Part shown: one piece after another, positions 11,927 to 21,946 of the stretch
Layout: the number at the start of each line of letters is the position of its first letter
Position numbering within the stretch: position 1 is the stretch's first letter
Assembly: GCA_964351405.1 (NCBI GenBank)
Contig: CAYGOE010000002.1
Coordinates: 7,925 to 71,924 of the forward strand
Reading direction: 5' to 3'
Length of the DNA stretch: 64,000 bases
Source: an uncultured Muribaculaceae bacterium
GTDB lineage: Bacteria; Bacteroidota; Bacteroidia; Bacteroidales; UBA932
Translations under genes and position numbers: made by a program
The notes under the pieces: generated by a model
The model's database searches: none
The model's input: only the letters and a program-made list of their open reading frames with translations
Told to the model about the DNA's origin: nothing

Positions 11927-12876
11927 CAGAGAGGGTTATAGAGCTGGAAGCGATAGATCCTGTTGATATTTACGGGGTCAATAACCGAATTATTGACAGA
12001 CTGGCATATTTCTTCCCAAAACTAAAAATTGCAGCCAGAGGTTCGCAAATATTTCTCAAGGGGAGTGTTGCCGATATGAAAAAATTTGAAGAGAAGCTGA
12101 ATTCTTTGATTGAGATTAGGGGGAGAAAAAGGAGACTGAATGAAGATGATGTAAACACTCTTTTTGAGGATCGGAGAACAGAAACCTCAAGGTTGGTATC
12201 AGAAGATGATGGTGAGGTAATAGTCTACGGAACTGAGGGTAAAATAATTAGGGCCAGGACAAAGAACCAAAAATTATTGGTAGAGAGCTACTCAAAGAGC
12301 GACCTGCTCTTTGCACTGGGACCTGCCGGGACCGGAAAGACCTATACAGCAATAGCGCTTGCAGTAAGAGCTCTTAAGAATAAAGAGGTTAAAAAGCTTA
12401 TTCTCACAAGACCTGCAGTTGAGGCAGGAGAGAGGCTTGGATTCCTTCCAGGCGATATGAGAGAGAAGCTGGATCCATATCTGCAACCATTATATGACGC
12501 ACTTAAAGATATGATTCCTGCCAGAAGGCTCATTGAGCTTATGGAAGAGGGGATTATTCAGATTGCGCCGCTTGCTTTTATGAGGGGGAGAACACTCGAG
12601 GGTGCTTTTGTAATTCTGGATGAGGCCCAAAACACCACAATGGGGCAGCTTAAGATGTTTCTTACCCGTATGGGAAACAGTTCTAAGTTTATTGTAACCG
12701 GAGATGCTACCCAGATAGACCTGCCCAAAAAGAGCGACTCAGGTCTGTTGAGGGGAGTGGAGATGATTGAAAATCTAAAAGGGGTATCTGTAATCAATTT
12801 TGAAAAATGTGATATTGTCAGACACCCCCTCGTTTCTCAAATTGTTGAGGCTTTCGAGAAAAGCAAAGAGGATTAG
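11923..12876 (+). CDS. phoH: PhoH family ATPase
   Basis: GPAGTGKT, RPAVEAGERLGFLPGD, MRGRT, LDEAQN. Confidence 0.95.
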   Translation: MTERVIELEAIDPVDIYGVNNRIIDRLAYFFPKLKIAARGSQIFLKGSVADMKKFEEKLNSLIEIRGRKRRLNEDDVNTLFEDRRTETSRLVSEDDGEVIVYGTEGKIIRARTKNQKLLVESYSKSDLLFALGPAGTGKTYTAIALAVRALKNKEVKKLILTRPAVEAGERLGFLPGDMREKLDPYLQPLYDALKDMIPARRLIELMEEGIIQIAPLAFMRGRTLEGAFVILDEAQNTTMGQLKMFLTRMGNSSKFIVTGDATQIDLPKKSDSGLLRGVEMIENLKGVSVINFEKCDIVRHPLVSQIVEAFEKSKED

Positions 12877-14513
12877 ACACTCTCTCCCAATTTAACTATT
12901 CTGCCTCCCCTTTTGTTTAAAGGCTTTCCTGTGGAAAGTGTCCAAACCCCGTTAACAATCACCTCATTAACTCCTGTTGCAAACTGATGTGGACTGGCAT
13001 AAGTAGCTGTGTCTATAATTGTGGCAGGGTCAAATACCACAATATCTGCAAAATAGCCCGGAAGAATTGAACCTCTGTTCTTAAGTCCCAATCTTGATGC
13101 GGGAAGAGAGGTGCATTTTTTAACGGCAGTAGAGAGGTCCATCAAAGACTCCTCTCTGCAATATTTGCCCAGAAATCGCGGAAAAGTTCCGTAAGACCTC
13201 GGGTGTGGCATAATCTGTGATAATTTCCCCACAGGAGAGTAGACGCTACCGTCGGAAGCGGGCATTGCCAGAGGGTGAGAGAGAAACATCTTTACATTCT
13301 CCTCTGTCATCGCAAAGCCGATAATGCTCACAGATACATTCTCCTCGATTAGCAGGTCTCTGATAAAGGGCCACGTCTCTTTCCCGGTGAGCTGGCAGCA
13401 CTGCTCTACATTTTGCCCTATAAATCTCTTGTTTGAATCTACCCTGCAGGAGGTGACCACTACATTTGCGGGGCCGCCCAATCTTGCAATTCTGGATAGA
13501 GCATACTCCCCTATCTTTTTGGATTTTGATTCATCTTTGAGGCGGGCAATTATCTCCTCCTTAGAGCCGTCACGGTCACTCAGTGGTATAAAGCTGGACA
13601 TACCTGTAGAGAACGCAATGTAGGGATAACGATCAAATGCAATATCTACACCATCTGATGCTGCCCTATCTATCTGCTTAAGAAGAGCCGAGGCTTTATG
13701 CCAGTTAGCAGCATTCTGCGCCTTAAGGTGAGATATCTGGAGCCGGACTCCCGAGCTCTTTGCTATTTCAATAGCCTCGGCAACAGCCTCCTCCACTCTG
13801 TCATCTTCGTTTCTCATATGTATTGCAAAGAGCCCATTATAATCTGCCACAACTTTGCAGAGCTGAGCAATCTCCTCGTTGGAGGCGTATGAGCCCGGAG
13901 TGTACTCCAAACCACAAGAGATCCCCAAAGAGCCCTGTTCCATTTGTGTTGCAATAATACTCTTCATCCTCTCCATCTGCTCTTGGGTACATCTTATGTC
14001 TTTGTCACCGACAACATACTGCCGTAAATCTCCCTGACCGGTAAAAGAGCCATAATTTAACCCCGGCTTCTGTTGTGACAGGGCACCGTAAAAATCACCG
14101 ATACTCTCCCATTTGGTTGTTGGGAATGGGCTGGAGCCGCAGTTCCCTCCTATTTCTGTGGTTACACCCTGATATATCTTACTATCTCCCAGGGGTGATT
14201 CAAAAAGATTACCATCTGTATGGGTGTGAATATCCACAAACCCGGGTGAAACGGCCGCCCCTTTTGCATCAACTATAACATCTGCACTATCACCTAATGA
14301 GGAGGCAATTGCAGATATCTTCCCATCCTTAATCCCTATATCTCCGGGAAATGGTTTTCCACCCTCTCCGTTATAGATTACCCCCCCTTTGATGATTGTG
14401 TCAAAGCGGTTATTTGCCTTTAAGATGCTACTGCTTGCGTACCCCAAACCGAATGCTGCTCCGGTAAATAGCGAGCTTTGGATGAATTTTCGTCTGGAAA
14501 TTGTGCTGCTCAT
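12873..14513 (-). CDS. N-acyl-D-amino-acid deacylase family amidohydrolase with a Tat-like signal
   Basis: SRRKFI signal; PGFVDIHTH, GNCG, HPRSYGTFPR, ADIVVFD. Confidence 0.88.
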   Translation of the reverse strand: MSSTISRRKFIQSSLFTGAAFGLGYASSSILKANNRFDTIIKGGVIYNGEGGKPFPGDIGIKDGKISAIASSLGDSADVIVDAKGAAVSPGFVDIHTHTDGNLFESPLGDSKIYQGVTTEIGGNCGSSPFPTTKWESIGDFYGALSQQKPGLNYGSFTGQGDLRQYVVGDKDIRCTQEQMERMKSIIATQMEQGSLGISCGLEYTPGSYASNEEIAQLCKVVADYNGLFAIHMRNEDDRVEEAVAEAIEIAKSSGVRLQISHLKAQNAANWHKASALLKQIDRAASDGVDIAFDRYPYIAFSTGMSSFIPLSDRDGSKEEIIARLKDESKSKKIGEYALSRIARLGGPANVVVTSCRVDSNKRFIGQNVEQCCQLTGKETWPFIRDLLIEENVSVSIIGFAMTEENVKMFLSHPLAMPASDGSVYSPVGKLSQIMPHPRSYGTFPRFLGKYCREESLMDLSTAVKKCTSLPASRLGLKNRGSILPGYFADIVVFDPATIIDTATYASPHQFATGVNEVIVNGVWTLSTGKPLNKRGGRIVKLGESV

Positions 14514-14530
14514 AATTTCTCTTTTTTAGA

Positions 14531-15532
14531 TTATCTAATATTTATGCCGGTACTTTTATACACCTTAACTGCCTCTCCCTGTGAATAGACCAAGTATCCC
14601 TCAATTGTTGGGTCGTTCTCGATTATTTCAATTGCCTTCTCAACACCTGCTACCATAAACCAGGTTGCATAGGCATCTGCAGTCATTGCATCCGGGGCTG
14701 TCACTGTTGCGCTTAAAATGCTCTCTTTAGCCGGATATCCGGTAAGAGGATTGATAGTATGAGAGTACTTTTGGCCATCCTCCTCATAAAATTTTCTGTA
14801 GTTACCGGAGGTGGCAAGCCCTCCGCCGGAAAGTAGCAGAATATCCTGCAAGTCTTCTCCCTGAATCATATTGCCATCTACAGGTCTATCTATCCCAACA
14901 CTCCACTTCTTACCTTTTGGATTAACGCCTTTGCAAAATATCTCTCCTCCAACTTCAATCAGGTAATTTATTATTCCAAGTTTCTCAAATTCAGATGCAA
15001 TAACATCTGCAGTGTAGCCTTGGGCAATTGCGTTAAAGTTGAGAGTTACGTTGGGAATTGTTCTTATCACTTTGGATTCATCTATAGAGATTTTATCCAT
15101 CCCGGTGAGCTGCAACGCTGAGTCAACTCTCTCTTGGGTGATATTCATTTTATTTTTAAACCCAAACCCCCAGATGTTGAACAGTGGAGCTGCAGAGACA
15201 TCAAAAAGACCTCCGCTTAGTTTGTAAATCTCATACGATCTATTGAAAACATTCCGGAAAAGGGTATCAACCGAAAGATCCTCCCCGTTATTGATTTTTG
15301 TAATCAGAGATTCCTTATTGTAAACCGAGAGGGAGAGATCGATATTTTTGAGTATAGCCTCTACCAGAGAGTCAAGTGCAACCCCTTTATCGTCACTATA
15401 GGCAATATGATAGGTGGTCCCTTGTGTAAAACCGTCAATTATCCTGTATTCTGCTTTGTTACAGCCGGTAAATATTGTAACAGAAAGCAGTAGTAGTGCG
15501 CTGTTTAAAAATATAATTCTCCAATATTTCAT
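14531..15532 (-). CDS. apbE: FAD:protein FMN transferase (ApbE) lipoprotein
   Basis: Lipobox TGC; NAIAQGY..D, EVGGEI, ATSGNYR, HTINP.TG, ADAYAT. Confidence 0.93.
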   Translation of the reverse strand: MKYWRIIFLNSALLLLSVTIFTGCNKAEYRIIDGFTQGTTYHIAYSDDKGVALDSLVEAILKNIDLSLSVYNKESLITKINNGEDLSVDTLFRNVFNRSYEIYKLSGGLFDVSAAPLFNIWGFGFKNKMNITQERVDSALQLTGMDKISIDESKVIRTIPNVTLNFNAIAQGYTADVIASEFEKLGIINYLIEVGGEIFCKGVNPKGKKWSVGIDRPVDGNMIQGEDLQDILLLSGGGLATSGNYRKFYEEDGQKYSHTINPLTGYPAKESILSATVTAPDAMTADAYATWFMVAGVEKAIEIIENDPTIEGYLVYSQGEAVKVYKSTGINIR

Positions 15533-15606
15533 TAGGTGGTATAGTTTGGCACAAATTTAGAATAAAAATAATATCTTTGCTACTTAATTCGACCTCAGTA
15601 AATAAT

Positions 15607-16623
15607 ATGAGAAAGTATTCAATTTTTTTTCTGTCACTGCTATTTTTAACATCTCTCTCCTTTACATCCTGCAAGAAGGACGACGCCAAAGATGATGAAA
15701 CTCTATATATGGAAGGCACTCTTGTGTACACTCTTCCGGCATATTTAACAGCTCTTCAGGAGGTAGAACTCAAAGCTACCGGCATAACAACCCCTACAAC
15801 CGGCGCTACATATAAATGGCACACCTCCGGTTTTGGAGTTGACTCGATTGTTGGGGAGAGTGTGAAGATTATTGCTCCCGGAGGCTACGGAGACTACACC
15901 GTTATCCTTACTGTCTCACATCCGGATTACGCCTCAAAAACACTATCCAAGACCACAGTAGTAATAAATCCAAACGTTGAGGGGAGCTACTCGGGAACAA
16001 TTAAGGGGCCGGGAACCCTCACAGATACTCGTGACGGAAAGATTTACAACTTTAAACAATTTGACAAGCTATACTGGTTTACTTCGAATCTTCAATGGGA
16101 AGGTGCAGGAAAAGCCTACAATAATGAAAAGGCTCTAGCTCCAATCTATGGAGTTCTCTACACCTGGAATGAGGCAACGGCAAGAGAGAGTAAAAGTGGT
16201 CTTGGTAACGGCCCCAAAGGAGTCTGCCCGCAAGGGTGGAGCGTTCCAACCAAAGAGGATTGGGAAAATTTAGGCGGGGCACTCAAAGGCTCTCCTGTTA
16301 ACTTTGACTCCAATTGGACAGGCTTAGGAGAGATTGCCGCTGCGAATGCAAAGCTTAACGGCACATCTATCTGGAAATATAGCCCGAATAACCTTAAAAA
16401 CAACACACTCGGCTGGAATGCTCTTCCGGGAGGAAGCTCTTCCAACAACTTTAAGAGTTTTGCCAATATTTCACAATTTGGCTTCTGGTGGAGCTCTTCT
16501 CAAAAAGACTCAAACAACGGAGAGTACCGTTTTATCCATTTTGACACATCAGATTTTCCTTACAACTTTGCTGACAAAGGCTATATGGGAGCATCTGTCC
16601 GTTGCGTGAAACTTGTTCAGTAA
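15607..16623 (+). CDS. FISUMP (Fib_succ_major) domain lipoprotein
   Basis: Lipobox FTSC; D.RDG..Y, W...NL, YG.LY.W, CP.GW.VP...W, WWSS, SVRCVK. Confidence 0.88.
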   Translation: MRKYSIFFLSLLFLTSLSFTSCKKDDAKDDETLYMEGTLVYTLPAYLTALQEVELKATGITTPTTGATYKWHTSGFGVDSIVGESVKIIAPGGYGDYTVILTVSHPDYASKTLSKTTVVINPNVEGSYSGTIKGPGTLTDTRDGKIYNFKQFDKLYWFTSNLQWEGAGKAYNNEKALAPIYGVLYTWNEATARESKSGLGNGPKGVCPQGWSVPTKEDWENLGGALKGSPVNFDSNWTGLGEIAAANAKLNGTSIWKYSPNNLKNNTLGWNALPGGSSSNNFKSFANISQFGFWWSSSQKDSNNGEYRFIHFDTSDFPYNFADKGYMGASVRCVKLVQ

Positions 16624-16655
16624 ATCATATTATAAACTTTAAAAATTTCTAACAT

Positions 16656-17252
16656 ATGAAACTTTCAAAAGGCATCATTACACTGATTATTATTCTCGGT
16701 ATCCTGTTCTTAATATTTATGTGGGGAAAGAATGGCTACAATAAGATGGTCGGCCAGGAGGAGGGAGTTACCACTGCCTGGTCACAGGTAGAGAACGTCT
16801 ATCAGAGACGTGCAGATCTCATTCCTAACCTTGTTGCCACTGTTAAAGGCTACGCCTCACACGAAAGAGAGACTCTCGAAGGAGTTGTTAATGCAAGGGC
16901 AAAAGCAACACAGACTACAATAGATCCAACAAATATGACCCCGGAGAGTATGGCCAAGTTCCAGCAGGCTCAGGGCGAACTCTCACAGGCAATAGGCAGA
17001 TTGATGGTGGTTGTAGAGCAGTATCCGGATCTCAAAGCAAGTCAGAATTTTCTAGAATTACAGGCTCAGCTTGAGGGGACAGAAAACAGAATTACCGTTG
17101 AGAGACAAAAGTACAACGAAACAGCAAGGCTCTACAACACAACTATTCGTCTCTTCCCTAAGAATATTCTTGCCGGTATCTTCGGTTTTGATAAGAAAGA
17201 GTATTTTGAGGCTCAAGAGGGTGCAGAGAGTGCTCCTGTAGTGCAGTTCTAG
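16656..17252 (+). CDS. lemA: LemA family protein
   Basis: QRRADLIPNLV.TVKGY..HE, YPDLKA..NF..LQ..LEGTENRI. Confidence 0.95.
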   Translation: MKLSKGIITLIIILGILFLIFMWGKNGYNKMVGQEEGVTTAWSQVENVYQRRADLIPNLVATVKGYASHERETLEGVVNARAKATQTTIDPTNMTPESMAKFQQAQGELSQAIGRLMVVVEQYPDLKASQNFLELQAQLEGTENRITVERQKYNETARLYNTTIRLFPKNILAGIFGFDKKEYFEAQEGAESAPVVQF

Positions 17253-17254
17253 CC

Positions 17255-17692
17255 GTGGCCTATTCAAAATATCTCAGTAAAGACGAGCAGGAGCAGATTA
17301 TAAAAGCTATTAAATCTGCGGAGCTCAACACATCCGGAGAGATTCGGGTTCATCTCGAATCTCTTTGCAGTGATGATCCATATAAAAGGGCAGTCTACCT
17401 CTTCAATAAACTGAAGATGCATAAAACAAAAGATCGCAACGGCGTTCTTATCTATATTGCATTTGAATCCAAAAAGTTTGCAATTATCGGAGATTCCGGA
17501 ATAAATGCGAAGGTGCCGGAAAACTTCTGGGACCAAGAGAAAGAACTGCTGCTCTCTTTCCTTCACAAGGGAGAGATTGCAAACGGACTTATTTCGATTA
17601 TTGAAATTGCCGGAGACAGTCTAAAGAGTTACTTCCCATATCAAACCAACGACACTAATGAACAGAGCAATGAGATATCATTTGGTGAGTAG
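17255..17692 (+). CDS. TPM domain protein
   Basis: AE..TSGEIRVH, RNGVLIY...FAIIGD.GI; GTG start; typical LemA partner. Confidence 0.88.
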   Translation: MAYSKYLSKDEQEQIIKAIKSAELNTSGEIRVHLESLCSDDPYKRAVYLFNKLKMHKTKDRNGVLIYIAFESKKFAIIGDSGINAKVPENFWDQEKELLLSFLHKGEIANGLISIIEIAGDSLKSYFPYQTNDTNEQSNEISFGE

Positions 17693-18479
17693 GCTGGTGC
17701 TTATAGCATCTTTGCTGCTCCTGTTACCTGCAGCTATCTTATCTGCGGTTCCGCAGAAACCTGTACCCGCAGTTCTGGTTAACGATTTTGCCGGAGTTCT
17801 CTCTGCAAGCCAGAAGAGTGATTTGGAGAGCAGGCTGGTTGATTTCTCTAAAAACACATCAAACCAGGTTGTAGTAGTTATAGTTGCCTCCCTTGATGGT
17901 ATGGATAAAGCCCAAATGGCATACTCCATAGGTGAAACTTGGGGAGTGGGCGATGCCAAATTCAACAACGGTATTGTTATTCTTGTAAAGCCAAAAATTG
18001 GCAACGAGAGAGGAGAGGCTTTTATTGCAACCGGATATGGCCTCGAGGGGGCTCTACCCGATGCCGTATGTAAAAGAATCATTGAAAACGAGATGATCCC
18101 AAATTTTAAGCTGGATAATTACTTTGCCGGAATAGATGCCGCACTTGCGGTTATATTACCTATTGCTGCTGGCGAATACAGCTATCAGGAGTACAAGAAG
18201 GGCGAAGGGGGTGGTACTGCCGGAACTTTAGTAATACTCTTATTTGTTTTTCTTTTTGTTGTCCTTGCAATAGGCAAAAAAGGGGGTAATACTACTCACC
18301 TGGGGGGCGGAGGCCGTAGAGGACCAAGTGCTCTGGACCTTCTTCTACTGGGCTCTTTACTCTCCGGAGGAAGAGGCAGTTCAGGTGGATTTGGCGGCGG
18401 ATTCGGCGGCGGCGGAGGTGGTTTCGGGGGCTTCGGTGGCGGTGGCTTTGGCGGCGGCGGTGCCGGTGGAAGCTGGTAG
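17658..18479 (+). CDS. TPM domain protein with Gly-rich tail (YgcG-like)
   Basis: VNDFAGVLS, WGVG...NNG, TGYGLEG.LPD; TM followed by GGFGGG repeats ending GGAGGSW. Confidence 0.9.
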   Translation: MNRAMRYHLVSRLVLIASLLLLLPAAILSAVPQKPVPAVLVNDFAGVLSASQKSDLESRLVDFSKNTSNQVVVVIVASLDGMDKAQMAYSIGETWGVGDAKFNNGIVILVKPKIGNERGEAFIATGYGLEGALPDAVCKRIIENEMIPNFKLDNYFAGIDAALAVILPIAAGEYSYQEYKKGEGGGTAGTLVILLFVFLFVVLAIGKKGGNTTHLGGGGRRGPSALDLLLLGSLLSGGRGSSGGFGGGFGGGGGGFGGFGGGGFGGGGAGGSW

Positions 18480-18481
18480 CC

Positions 18482-19771
18482 TTAGAATGGTCCTATCCTC
18501 TCAATATTCCAAACCCCAACTGATGACTCCAGCATTACAAGAGCTTTAGACTTCTCGTAGATTGTAGAGTAAAAGGATAGTAGTATCTCATCGTAGCTTC
18601 TTTGCGCGTCCATAACCTCAATAAGATGAATATCTCCTTTGTAGTACTCCTCTCTTTTGGCTTCCAGAACCTCTTTTGCACTTTTAACCAGTCCGGAAGT
18701 AAAGAGTTTCATCTTTTTATCGGCAAACTGATATGCATTAAAAGCATTAACTACCTCACTCCTCACCTCCATCTGAGCCTGCCGGTATCTGATCTCTGCC
18801 TCCCTCTCCTTTGTACGGGCAGCTAATATTTCACCTTTGCCTCTGTTAAATAGTGGTATTGGGAAGGATATCCCAAACTCTATGCCGTTATGTTTTGGAG
18901 CAGGGGCTATCTCATTTTTAACCTCAGCGTTTGCTCCGTAACCTATAAAGAGGTCAAATTCAGGAATCCTTTCGTTTTTTGCTGCAATCAATGCATAATT
19001 AGATAGCTCTATCTCCTTTCTTGCAGCAACGATATCTATCCTGTTATTTATTGCAGTATTGATAATCTCGTTTAGATTGTAGCTTCTGTTATTCCAAATG
19101 TTTCTCCTTTCTGGAATATATATAGTATCATTCCCTCCTGCTCCACAGTAGTTGGAAATCTCCTGGTAAAGGGCATTAAGTTCGCTTTCAACATCCAGAA
19201 TCTCGCTATATAGGTTTCCGGTTTCTACTCTGTTTTGCAATGCATCCAGGTCACGTGTTTCCGCGTGTGCCAGTCTTATGGTGTCGGACTCCATCATCTT
19301 GATTTGATCATTAAAACTGCTTTTTCTAAGCTCGTACTGCTCTCTTAGTCGAACAGTCTCAAGCCAGGTAAGGGTTGCATCCTGCTGCAGGATTCTCATA
19401 AAATCTGCAAGAAGCATCGCTGCTATCTCCTTTGATATATGAGCTTGCTTCATTGCTGCAGATCTCCTTCCGGGAGAGATTGTCTGACTTATCTCTACAA
19501 TCCCGCCAAACCCCATCTGCATATTGTTAAGCTCACTATTGTAGTAACCAAATCCAACAGACGGATTATTCAATACAGAGGCCGATATAATCTCTGCATC
19601 GGCAATGTCAATTGAGAGTCTCTGAGCGGCATATTCCAGATTTCTCTTTCTTACAATCTCAAGATAATCGGACAATTTTAGCTCTTTATAGACTTGAGCG
19701 TTTGCAGATATTGATATTACAAGAAAAAGCAGTGACCCGGTAAAGAGCTTTCTTTTAAAAATTTGTTTCAT
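18482..19771 (-). CDS. TolC family outer-membrane efflux protein (CzcC-like)
   Basis: Signal peptide, NP.V.F motif, ISFPIPLFNRG.G, Y..G.I.L.E..DAQR. Confidence 0.82.
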   Translation of the reverse strand: MKQIFKRKLFTGSLLFLVISISANAQVYKELKLSDYLEIVRKRNLEYAAQRLSIDIADAEIISASVLNNPSVGFGYYNSELNNMQMGFGGIVEISQTISPGRRSAAMKQAHISKEIAAMLLADFMRILQQDATLTWLETVRLREQYELRKSSFNDQIKMMESDTIRLAHAETRDLDALQNRVETGNLYSEILDVESELNALYQEISNYCGAGGNDTIYIPERRNIWNNRSYNLNEIINTAINNRIDIVAARKEIELSNYALIAAKNERIPEFDLFIGYGANAEVKNEIAPAPKHNGIEFGISFPIPLFNRGKGEILAARTKEREAEIRYRQAQMEVRSEVVNAFNAYQFADKKMKLFTSGLVKSAKEVLEAKREEYYKGDIHLIEVMDAQRSYDEILLSFYSTIYEKSKALVMLESSVGVWNIERIGPF

Positions 19772-19841
19772 CTTTAAATCATCTTAGGTTGTTTAAACTT
19801 AATATTTGCCGAATAAATATAGATAATCTTACGTATAAATT

Positions 19842-20969
19842 TTAGTTTTTTACATCAATTACAACTATCTCAGATTTTGTCCCGATACGGAATTTTGGCC
19901 CCCATAGTCCAATACCCGAAGATACATAATAGTGGGTGTCTCCCTTCATCTTATATCCGTATGAGAGCTCATAGATCCACTTTACAATGAGGCTCCCCGG
20001 CCAGAACTGTCCATTATGGGTGTGACCGGAGAGCTGCAGGTCCACCCCCTCTTTTTGAGCCTGCTCAAGGTTAAAGGGTTGGTGATCCATAAGAATAATG
20101 GGTTTAGTTCTCTCAATATCTTTTAAAATCTCGCTCAAAGGAGCTCTTTTTGAGTTGGTTTTATCGTCTCGCCCAACAATTTGGATGCTATCTCCGGCTA
20201 TTGCAACAGAGTCAATTAACATTTTAACACCGGAAGATCTGAGATAGCTGTAGATCTTCTCTTTCTCTCCACCATAAAATTCGTGGTTACCGCTAATTGC
20301 ATAAGTTCCATATTTAGACTCGATTTTTGAGAGCCGCCCTGCAACATCCCATCTGATAAGGGGTTCAAGGCTCATATCTGCAATATCCCCAGCAATAAGT
20401 ACAATATCTGCCCTTTCACTGTTAATCATCTCCACAAACCTACTTAAATCCTCTCCGTTTATACTTGACCCAAGATGAAGGTCGCTTATCATCACTACTC
20501 TTACTCCATCTCCCGGAAGAGGTTTCTTTATTGATATCTCAAGTCTTGTGGTCTGAGGATTATTGAAGCTATAGTTTCCGTAGAGTAGTAAAAGCGAGAC
20601 TCCGGTTATTGAGACAATTGCAGAGATGGACTTGGCAGCGGCATAGTTCTCCCTTATAAATCGTGGGTAGATATCAAAAAAGTGGTTGACAACTCTTATA
20701 AGATCAAAACCCAGTGAGATCAATAAAAAGTAGATAACGGCCACCAACCAAGTAAATGCTACGGCAGAGAGGGCTACCATTGCTGTTTGAGAAAGCCTCT
20801 CTCCATAAAACATTCTCACAAAAAATGAGAGGGTAAGAGTCCAAAAAACAATAGAGTAAAAATACTTTATAAATGGAATTGAGGGGAGAATCGAGAGCCC
20901 GCGTATGAATACATAGAAGTTATAACCGATTACGAATGTGAGTATGACGAGAAAAAATGCAATCTTCAT
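19842..20969 (-). CDS. Membrane-anchored metallophosphoesterase (YkuE-like)
   Basis: SDLHLG, GDIAD, GNHE, DHQP, SGHTHNGQ; N-terminal TMs; start at MKIAFF avoids overlap with the divergent CDF gene. Confidence 0.9.
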   Translation of the reverse strand: MKIAFFLVILTFVIGYNFYVFIRGLSILPSIPFIKYFYSIVFWTLTLSFFVRMFYGERLSQTAMVALSAVAFTWLVAVIYFLLISLGFDLIRVVNHFFDIYPRFIRENYAAAKSISAIVSITGVSLLLLYGNYSFNNPQTTRLEISIKKPLPGDGVRVVMISDLHLGSSINGEDLSRFVEMINSERADIVLIAGDIADMSLEPLIRWDVAGRLSKIESKYGTYAISGNHEFYGGEKEKIYSYLRSSGVKMLIDSVAIAGDSIQIVGRDDKTNSKRAPLSEILKDIERTKPIILMDHQPFNLEQAQKEGVDLQLSGHTHNGQFWPGSLIVKWIYELSYGYKMKGDTHYYVSSGIGLWGPKFRIGTKSEIVVIDVKN

Positions 20970-21029
20970 ATAAAAGTTTAGAATTAAAACACCTATATTT
21001 GTCTTTTGTTTATAAAAGCACATTAAGTT

Positions 21030-21914
21030 ATGAACGAAAGGACTAAGATAGCAAAAAGAGTAACTTGGATTGGTTTCTTCATTAATTTGATTCTTACCTT
21101 GGCAAAACTTTTTGCCGGAATAATAGGCAAAAGTGCTGCTATGACTGCAGATGCTATTCACTCCCTTTCCGATTTTTTAACCGATATCGTGGTTATCGCT
21201 TTTGTAAATATTTCCGAAAAGGAGTCAGACGAAAATCACCGCTACGGACACGGGAAATTTGAAACTTTTGCAACCCTTATAATTGCTCTGGTGCTGTTTG
21301 GAGTAGGTGCCGGAATTCTTATAACCGGAGCTGAAAAGATTATCTCATCAATTGGAGGTGCCAAAATTGAGCAGCCTGGAATGATTGCATTTTGGGCTGC
21401 CATTATATCAATTATTTCAAAGGAGATACTCTTCCGCTACACTCTTAAAATAGGCAAAGAGATAAAGAACAATGCAGTAATTGCTAATGGTTGGCATCAT
21501 CGTTCCGATGCCTTCTCCTCAATAGGAACAGCACTCGGTATATCCGGAGCAATCTTTTTGGGCGAAAATTGGAGGATACTTGATCCAATTGCAGGAGTAA
21601 TTGTGAGTTTCTTTATTATGAAAATTGCCGTTGAGCTATCTGTTCCTAGTATTAAAGAGCTTCTAGAATCCTCTCTTTCAGATGAGGTTACAACTGAAAT
21701 AGAGACCATAATCGCCTCCCATCCCGAGATCATTAGGTACCACCATCTTAGAACCAGAAAGATTGGCAGTATTTATGCGATAGATGTTCACATTAAAATT
21801 GATAAAGAGACAACCTTTGTAAGGTCGCACGACATAGCCTCAGAACTTGAAACCAAACTTCGTAACCGTTTCGGTAAAGGAACCCAAACAAGCATTCACA
21901 CCGAGCCGGTTTAA
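21030..21914 (+). CDS. Cation diffusion facilitator family transporter
   Basis: ADAIHSLSD, H.YGHGKFE, WHHRSDA, LRTR..G, HTEP. Confidence 0.93.
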   Translation: MNERTKIAKRVTWIGFFINLILTLAKLFAGIIGKSAAMTADAIHSLSDFLTDIVVIAFVNISEKESDENHRYGHGKFETFATLIIALVLFGVGAGILITGAEKIISSIGGAKIEQPGMIAFWAAIISIISKEILFRYTLKIGKEIKNNAVIANGWHHRSDAFSSIGTALGISGAIFLGENWRILDPIAGVIVSFFIMKIAVELSVPSIKELLESSLSDEVTTEIETIIASHPEIIRYHHLRTRKIGSIYAIDVHIKIDKETTFVRSHDIASELETKLRNRFGKGTQTSIHTEPV

Positions 21915-21946
21915 TAATCTTTCCCGGCAAAGTATCTCCGGCAAAG

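Noticed and set aside
15607-16623. FISUMP gene as a diversity-generating retroelement target
   Set aside because: The fold is a known DGR target class, but no template repeat or reverse transcriptase is visible in the window; a remote DGR cannot be excluded.
18370-18476. GGC/GGT-rich repeat
   Set aside because: Encodes the normal Gly-rich tail of TPM/YgcG proteins; not a CRISPR or mobile repeat.
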